Below, piece by piece: positions 55,426 through 64,000 of a stretch of 64,000 nt of DNA. Below the pieces are notes generated by a model that was given only the letters and a program-made list of their open reading frames with translations, made no database searches and had not been told where the DNA came from. A program made the translations under genes and the position numbers. Position 1 is the stretch's first letter, and each line of letters starts with the position of its first letter. Origin of the DNA: Chrysomallon squamiferum (taxonomy: Eukaryota > Animalia > Mollusca); NCBI GenBank assembly GCA_012295275.1, contig CM022676.1, forward strand, positions 18,414,001-18,478,000, given 5' to 3'.

Positions 55426-56116
55426 GTTGTTGTTGTTTATTTTTTGGTTATTTTTATTTTTTCTGAGTTTTGTTAGTGTGGACTTCTTGACCCTAAGGCC
55501 TATTTGTATTTTCTTGATTATCTCTATATTATAATGTTTGTTATATGTTGTAATTTGTTGTTTCTTGGTTCAGTGGAAGGATACATTCCTGTTAAGTGTG
55601 AGTTGCTCCACTGTACTCTGTATCTTAGTTTATGTTTGATAGTGTTTGTTGACGTCCAGCAGAGCGAGAAGTTTGAGTGATTCAGGAAAATATTTCTAAA
55701 ACCAGTTTGTAATAAACTACTGGCAAACATCTAGCTTTGGCGGTAGCAGTAATGACTTATTGCTACCTGACCTAAATAGGAAACATTCAGCTGCTGGAAA
55801 AAGTAATCTATATACTACCGAAAACGAGCCATTAATAGTTACACAGTTTACAGCCGATAAAACATTTTAAACTTATTTTCTGATACAATATAATAATTTT
55901 CTCAGAGATTTTAAACTTGTACATTAACGGTTTTGTATATTGACCAGGGCGTGAAATAACTAAAACTGTGCTTTAGATCTGAATAATTGTGATTGTCTTT
56001 AACAAAGGACGATTACACACTAGTATTATTGTTGTTGTTGTTGTTGTTACTATCATTATGAATATTATTATTATTATCATTATGAATATTATTATTATTA
56101 TTATCATCATTATGAA

Positions 56117-56177
<61 letters not shown>

Positions 56178-59100
56178 TGACGTTCACGGTAAACAAAGGG
56201 AAACCTTAGAACAACGATTTGCTATTTAATTTTCTGAACTATGTTTTACCTCGGTCACTTCTCACAATTTCAATTTCGTATGAATGTGCTTCAGACAATT
56301 TTCATAGCGAATGTTTCACTGGTGTGTTGATAAACGTTGTTCAGTCCTCTGTAATAGTAACTGAGAAAGAGGAAGAAGATGAAGAAGTTAACTTTCAAAG
56401 ATCTAAATGTATCTGATTATCTGTATTGTTGTTGTTGTTATTATTAGTAGTATTTTTGTTAGTGGTATAAGTAGTAGTAGTATTAGCAGTAGTAGTAGTT
56501 GTTGTTGTTGTATTGTTGCTTTTGCTGTTGCCTTTATCCTTGTTATTGTTATTGAGCAGTTACTATTATTTATCATCTCACAAATGCTGATAAACGTAAA
56601 TTATTTCTTTCTTTTACTATCTTTTCCACACTTTTGTGCAGACTCTGTGTTACCAGAGAATCTGCCAGATCGTTGTAAATAACACACGAGTACACGTTTG
56701 TTCTCGTGTGACACACTATTTTTAAACTGACCTACATAAGAAAAGAAACACGCACTGGCTATAGTGCTACTGCGAATATCACTTGAACCTCATTAAACTG
56801 TTCATGGAAATATCTGAAATACGAAAGGAACACTTTGAAGCTGGCGTTACGTATGTTGTAACGTTATGACAAAACAATAACAAAACGACTCAGTCTCAAA
56901 CTAATTAACATTAATCTACAACAGTCATTAGCAAAAGTGAGATAGGAGCACGTTGAGTCATGGGTCAAGTTAGTCCATCTAAAAAATACCCGTGCAGAAA
57001 TTATTTACTTTCCTATTTTGAGTTCTTATTGTTTTAGATTAACCAGATATGTCGCTTTCGAACAAAATTTTCCCAGAATGCCATCTGTTCGATTATAAGA
57101 AGCTAAGACAATTGGCCTCCTAGCTTGCTGAACAAAATGAGAAGAAATTTCCAACTACAAGGACGAACTTGGGATGGAAATGATCAACATTTGTTTTATT
57201 AGAGGCTTTAACTCTGGCTATGATTGTATATTCTTGTTTTTTAGTTATTTATCTTATGTGTAATTATTATTAATTGTTTCACCTTTGTAAGTAGGGAAGA
57301 AATAAAATAAAATAAAGTGAAATAAAATAATTGAATAAAACAATATATAAATAAGTAAATAAATATAGTATTAAAAGTGATAATTAGAAATTACCAATAA
57401 TCACTTAAAAACTATCACAAATCAGGATATTTCAAATATTAGTAATTATTTGAAATAATGAAATTTTGTTTTAAACGACTATGAGTGCTTGTTTTCCGAT
57501 TATACAGAATCATCAGTACCTTTAATTACGAAACGAACCAGTTTCCACACGAAAATAATCAGAACAAAATTATAATTCTCATCAGTCCCGATTTTATTCA
57601 CGTATAAACGGCCTTTCAAAAATGTGTTAGACAAGTGCATACGACTGCTGTATGTTTTGGATAGACAAACAGTCGATACATTTTAATATAATTAATGTCT
57701 GGCTACTCTGTTACTATTATTATCAACTTATCTGTTACTTATTGCGACAAACAATCGCTGCAAATAACATTTTTAATTTTCTCTATATGTCCCTTTATGA
57801 ATTGTGAAGCAGTTTGTTGAACTACATCATGGCAGAAAGTGTGTAATAAACTGCTGGCATACATCTAGATGTTTCGGTAGCAGTAATGAAATATTAATGC
57901 CGAATAAGAAACATTCATTTGTTACAAATTTCATCTTTATACGGAGAAAAAAAAAACGAGCTATTAAAATGCAAATAGATCTCAGACGACAGAACAGTTA
58001 TTTTATCGATTTCTAAACTGTTCGGAAGTGTGATGTTCGATCACGTGTCTTTGCTATTTCCTGCCGTCAGAATGTCTGATATCAGCTCACAATTCTGGCG
58101 AACCTGATTAAGATTTTTAGGTCGGCTTAATGGACGATACTACGATGTTAAGTCATTTTGGTTCACCTGTAAAATATTTCTGAAAGGTGTTTGTAGGCGA
58201 GAAAAAATGCGAAAACATAATCAAATATTAAAATGACACATTAGCTACACATTTCAATATTTTTTTTAATAATTACTATTGCCATCCATATAGACACTAC
58301 TCTCATTCACACATGCATGTACATAGAAATATACATACATACATACATAAATACATACATACTGTTCAACAAACTGTTTCACAATTCATAAAAGGATATA
58401 CATACATAGATATCTATATACATATATACATGTAAACATACATACATATGCATAAACATGCATATTTACTTACGTACATACATACATACGTAACACATAC
58501 ATATGTACATTAATATAAATATACGCAGAAAAGTGCAAGCATGAACGACTTTTACATATTGAAACAAAAAAAATTGTTTTGCTAAATTGAATTTATGATG
58601 ACTTTTAAATATTCAGTGTGATGCGATGTGTGATTGTCTGAGTGAAAACGTTTCAGTTTTTAACTTCCAGGTCATGCGCTGTTTGATCAGTGATTAAAAA
58701 TGTTTTATTTACGTTCCCAGTCTCAAACTATTCCTGAAAAGCTTAATTTTCAACAGACTTGTTTGATTCCAGCTGCTGTTGAGTAAATTTAGGTCGCTTG
58801 TCGCCGAAGAAATATTTTAGAGAAAATAAATAAATAAATAAAATAAAATCATTCTTAGTTAAATGCTTTATATTCTGTGTTAATTCAAGAACGAATAAAG
58901 CTAAACTTAAATACTTGACACATTAATAACTTTTAATTAATGCAGTTATAAAGTTGAATTTCTGGTCCTGTCAATCATAATAATTATTAATTATGCACAA
59001 TATTTATGAAAAATTAAAAAGAAAATTATATATAAAAAAAATATTATTTCTATCAAATAAGAAAACATGTCACTACCTTCTATTATGATTATATTTTAAA

Positions 59101-61501
59101 GTAAAAAAAATAATTTAAAACCAAAATGAATTCTTACTTCAAACGATTTATACTGTGTGTTTATTCAAGCACTAATAAAGACAAACTTGAATCTTAGAGA
59201 ACGGAATAATAATAGTTAATAAATACAATTATAAAGTTGAATTATCTGATCCTGTTTAACACAATAATTGTCAAATATATACAATATTACAATGACAAAA
59301 ACAGATTATCGGTATTTTCCTTAACAAATATTCTTGCAAATGAAAAATATCATATTTCTGTATATATAGTTTTCTTTCTGAAAATATTGTACTATTATAA
59401 TTGACTGTCTTATATAAACCTGTTATTATTTCAGTACCAGTACGATTAGTGAATGGAAGAGGAATACCAACACAAGGTCGAGTTGAGATTCAAGTAAACG
59501 GGACGTGGGGAACAATATGTAGCAGTAGATTTGACACAGAAGATGCTGGTGTTCTCTGTTCAATGTTGGGATTTAGTCGGTAAAAGAAAACAAATCTTTT
59601 GTGCAATATTCCGTTTTACGAACGTATTATTGACTACTGCTTCTGTTGCTGCTGCTACTACTACTACTACAAATACTACTTCTACTACTACTACTACTAC
59701 TGGGGCTAATAATTCTACTACTACTACTATATTAATCAGCCATTTGATCTGTGTCGGAGGAGTGTGTCTGACAATGTAACTGTAGATATTTCTGATAATC
59801 TGTGGTGAACGTTTTCACACAAGAGATGCTACTGTTCTCTGTTCAATGATGGCATTTTGTGTCCGAAGTCGATATTACTGTGTAACTGTTAACATTTCTC
59901 TATCAACTAACCAGTTGGTTTAAAATAATGACAAGTTTTTAATGAAAATTCTCCTTTCTCAAAAATACATTTATCATACATGCAACCTGCTTGATATCTG
60001 CAAATATTAGAGTAATCACAATTAGTTTATTCTGTAATACTTTATTATTTTTATCTCTGATACTTATGTAAAGGATACTCGAAAACACATTTTTAATTAA
60101 GAAACAAAATGATCGATGGCCAGGTTTCTTGCTACTTAAGAGGTTAACATTAAAACCTTTGCCTTTTTATGATTATAAAAGAGGAAACAGTTTCCGTTAT
60201 ACTCTAACGCTTCAGCCGATAAAAAAAACTGAAGAAAAATTAAAAATAAAAAAAACATACTTAGTGAAGTTCTTACAGGCAAGAATATATATTTCTTCAC
60301 TCGTTATTTTGCCTTAAATAAATACCAGTCAAATAAAATAACTTAATAAGATAGATTCCGTCATTCTTCATTCTCTAACAAATGCTCGTTTCATTATAGC
60401 CTGATTCTAAAATATCAACTATCGAAATTTAATTGTGTTAAAATGCTTTCTTTAATAGATGATCAGCAATGTATCATGTTTTATCTGATATATTTCAGTG
60501 ACGGAGCAAAGACCTTCATAAGTATTCCATCATACTTTGGAGAAGGTAGAGGTCCAATATGGTTAGATACACTTCAGTGTGAAGGAAATGAAGCATCTGT
60601 TGAACAGTGTAGTTTTGGTGCTTGGAGAAACAATCGATGTAGTCACAGTTACGATGTTGGGATACGTTGTCAAGGTTCGTTACACAGAAGTCTAATATTT
60701 GTTGTATTTGTGTTTATTTGCGTCAATATTGAGAAAAATCAACAAAATCGTTTTAATCGTTTTCCAAAGTAACCAAATCAAACCAAAGAATGAAAGAATT
60801 AAAAAACACAAACAGTAAAATAACGGCAGAACGACCCGTTCTTATTTTTTGTCATTTTTGCTTGTAGAGTTAAAAAAAATAAAGTGTCGGGAAAATAAGA
60901 AAACAAAGTACACGGGTCTGTATAAGCAAAGGATTCTGTCAGTTTCAGAACACTAAAGTGAAACCTGTTGTCATTTATTTCAGTATCTCTCAGACTAGTC
61001 AATGGTGGAGGTATTGAAACACAGGGTCGAGTTGAGATCAAACTTAACGATACATGGGGAACTGTCTGTGGTGACAAATTTGACGACACAGAAGCAGGAT
61101 TTATCTGCAGACTTTTAGGATTCAGTCCGTAAGAATGTTTTAACTTTAGTAAAACTGGACAATTTAAAAACAGTAATAACATATCAGCACGTTTAAATTT
61201 CTGACATACAAAGTAAATTGAAATTGGAAATTACGATTTGCGTTTATATTTACCCCGTAGTACCGTTCAATCAATATTTGTATAAACTAAGATCAGAGAA
61301 CTCAGTTGTGTTTTGTAAATCCTAGATTCAACGCAAAGACGTATAAGAATGCTCACTTTGGAGAAGGAACAGGACCAGTGTGGGTTGATGATGTTAACTG
61401 TGTTAAAGATGAAAATGGAGTGAATCACTGTTCTTTCTATGACTGGGGTAAAAAGAACTGTAGTCATAAACAGGATTTGGGAATAAGCTGCTTGCAACAG
61501 G
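53534..61501 (+). CDS. Scavenger receptor cysteine-rich (SRCR, group-A-type, DMBT1-like) protein, 5' part; continues beyond window
   Basis: Signal exon 53534-53591 ([19 protein letters not shown], assignment inferred). SRCR1 = 59435-59579 + 60499-60674 (VRLVNG...[15 protein letters not shown]...[19 protein letters not shown]...[11 protein letters not shown]). SRCR2 = 60984-61128 + 61326-61501. Each domain has 6 Cys and is split by a phase-2 intron. Confidence 0.88.
54960..56015 (+). repeat. ~500-bp tandem duplication in SRCR intron 1
   Basis: 54970-55380 aligns with 55490-56015 (cctaaggc...cagtggaaggatacattcctgttaa...taactaaaactgtgcttta). A partial third copy lies at ~57840-57970. Confidence 0.78.
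59798..59860 (+). pseudogene. Orphan fragment of an SRCR first-half exon
   Basis: Reads [20 protein letters not shown] versus [20 protein letters not shown] in the live exon. It has no acceptor or 5' part. Confidence 0.7.
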
Positions 61502-61954
61502 GTTTGTTATTTTAGTTAATTGTGTTGTTGTTGTTGATTTGTTTTTGAGCTATAAAACATATTTTATTATTATAATGTATATTTAAATTAAAAACAGAAC
61601 ATTTACCATCAAATGTAAAATGCAAAATGGAATAACCACTTTGTGGGACAGTCATATCGCTTGGTAATAATAATTACATAGATCTATAAGGACAAACTTA
61701 ATTTGAAACCGGACCGTTTCACAATGCAAATGAAATTCTGAAAAGTTGTCACATTATCACTATCCCAATTCCGGTTGTAAAATCCTGAATACCCTTAGAG
61801 GCAAGCCAATACAGTGAGATATCCAAGTATAGTTATTACTGTTTTGAAGGAAAAATTTTACGCACGTTGAGGAAATTATAATTTGGATACCTGACGACGG
61901 TGCTTATTCCAGGTCACATTTGACTGTGTTACACTAAATCGTGGTAGCTATTGC

Positions 61955-62906
61955 AATTTTTCGGTCTTCGCCCGGGATTTGAAACGGGGACGAATCATAA
62001 ATATAATTTTGTTGCAATCGTGGGCTTAGTAAATGATATTGCAAAAATACTACGTATTGCTAGCGTGGTTCACTAGAATGCCAGTCAGTACTCTAGAATA
62101 CCTTAACATGAAATAAACCTTGTTGGATCTGCTCATGTAAGTTCAAATAAAGCCCTCGTGTTAAGAAAACCTTCTTCTATTAGCTTTCAATAGACAAATT
62201 ATCATAACCGCGGCAAACACAGTAGGCGAAATTCGTGTGACAGTCCAGTTACAGATGATGGTAGTTCCATTCCTGAATTAGATGTAAAAGAATTAAGTGT
62301 AGACCAACAGTTAGCTTTTTAAAAAATATATATGTTTGAAACCGAGCAAAGAGCATCAGAGAGACAGATAGATAGAGAGAAGGAAGAAAGGGAGAAGAAT
62401 AAGAAAGAAAGAGAGAGAGGATCGGGCAGTAGAGCGTGAAAGAATTAAGATTACAACAGAATGATATGAGACATTCATCAGTAGAAGGTAGCGAAACTGG
62501 GAATAGTCGTTTTAACATGTCAGGAGCATACAGATCAGTACCAATATTTGAAGATGGACAGATTGATACTTTTTTCCAGTTATTCGAGCAATTAGCCAAA
62601 GAGTTCGACTGGCGTGAAAGAAAGTGGGTATTGTTGCCCATGTTGAGATTTAGAGGCAAAGCTTCTGAGGCATGTAATTAATTATCTGAGTGACCACAGT
62701 TCTGCACAGTGTACGTTGGTTAAGGCGGCTGTCTTAAGAATATATGAATTCCGTCCAGAAGCGAACCGGTTCACGTATAGTGAATTGAAGGAACCTGAAG
62801 GTCAGTGTTATGTAGAATATTTCGCATGAAAAGCTGGATTATTTGATAAATGGGTAGCATCAGAACAGGTTGAGTCGTACGAAGGCTTTCAGGAATTGTT
62901 AATACT
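61955..62906 (+). mobile_element. Decayed Ty3/Gypsy (Gmr1-like, SCAN-related capsid) gag fragment with putative tRNA-Pro PBS
   Basis: VPIFEDGQIDTFFQLFEQLAKEFDWRERKWVLL...GKASEA...VKAAVLRIYEFRPEANR...GQCYVEY..*..FDKW...YEGFQELLIL, with a stop and a frameshift. 61961-61989 tcggtcttcgcccgggatttgaaacgggg resembles the complement of the tRNA-Pro 3' end. Confidence 0.8.
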
Positions 62907-63680
62907 ATATAATGTTATATATGTATACACCTGCATTTTCTAGTGTGTGTGTATATATATATATATACACCTGTTCTCTAAATGAATGCACATATTAACA
63001 GGTAACCATTTTTTAACTTCTTTGGTATTAACAATTCCGGAAAACCTTCGTACGACTCAATCTTTTGTGATGCTACCCATTTATCAAATAATGTCGCTTT
63101 TTTTTTCTGGAAATATATATATATATGAGTATTTCACGTTAATTAATAAAAGTCAGTCAGGGCAGGGCAATTCCAGTCGTCATGGGAAAACAAAGATATT
63201 TCAGTTGGGATTTCTGCATAATGCTAATCACTTGTGTTAGTCAAGTGTTCAGGCGAGAATTGCCTTTGGTGATCAGAAACAGGATGCGCCACAGATATTT
63301 CCTCATCAGATAACCATGTGCTGCACGAGTGTTTCTATAGCGATAACAGCTTTCGGTTGGTGCTGACCTACGCAGAGGAAATCAACTGAGCCAGACATAT
63401 GTATATCCATTAGAGGTCTTCAACAAAGCAAGTGGTGGTCTCTACCAACCACAACGGAAAGTCTAACGCTATTGCTGACACTTTCTCGAGAAGATGATCT
63501 AGAGGTGTGTCGTGTATTAGATGTTTAGTAGAGTCCCTTAAAACAATATCTCACCATAGCTTATATAAAAACTCAGGGCTACATATTAAATATATTAAAC
63601 AGGAGACTTCCATCTCCGTTACACTTAGTGTATCTACCTTTTAAGGGTTACATAATAAAAATTAATAACCATACACAGAA

Positions 63681-63711
<31 letters not shown>

Positions 63712-63712
63712 C

Positions 63713-63771
<59 letters not shown>

Positions 63772-64000
63772 TACACACACACACACACACACATATATGT
63801 ATGTATGTATGTATCATCGTAAGTCGTTCGCAGTTTCTCTACTGATTTGTAGTGGTAAAATGTGTTTCATTGTTTTACACAAAAATTTCAAATTGTAGTT
63901 TATAATATGACAAGATTTATAAGTCACACAAGAGTAACTGAGATTTCGAAAATTAATTAATACAAATTTAAGTTATCATTTCTCTAGTACATTTTCCAGT

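Overview
This is AT-rich, microsatellite-dense animal genomic DNA with spliceosomal GT-AG introns. The domain repertoire suggests a lophotrochozoan, probably a mollusc (inference). Most long ORFs in the supplied track are repeat artefacts, so I assembled the genes by hand from phase-consistent exons. In order: (1) the 3' end of a sushi/CCP-domain type I membrane protein; (2,3) two tandem, highly diverged paralogous two-Ig-domain receptors with very different cytoplasmic tails; (4) sterol C5-desaturase SC5D on the minus strand; (5) a secreted protein with two chitin-binding (CBM14/peritrophin-A-like) domains separated by an N/D/T-rich 9-aa repeat linker, minus strand; (6) a Cys-rich Ig + FN3 + TM receptor with Tyr-motif mini-exons and signs of exon decay; (7) the 5' part of an SRCR gene with a duplicated promoter/first exon and an intronic Gypsy gag relic. 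The most unusual signal is that two independent minisatellites are built from the host gene's own splice junction. About 22 copies of a 5' splice site follow an Ig exon, and about 40 copies of a 3' splice site fill the last SC5D intron.
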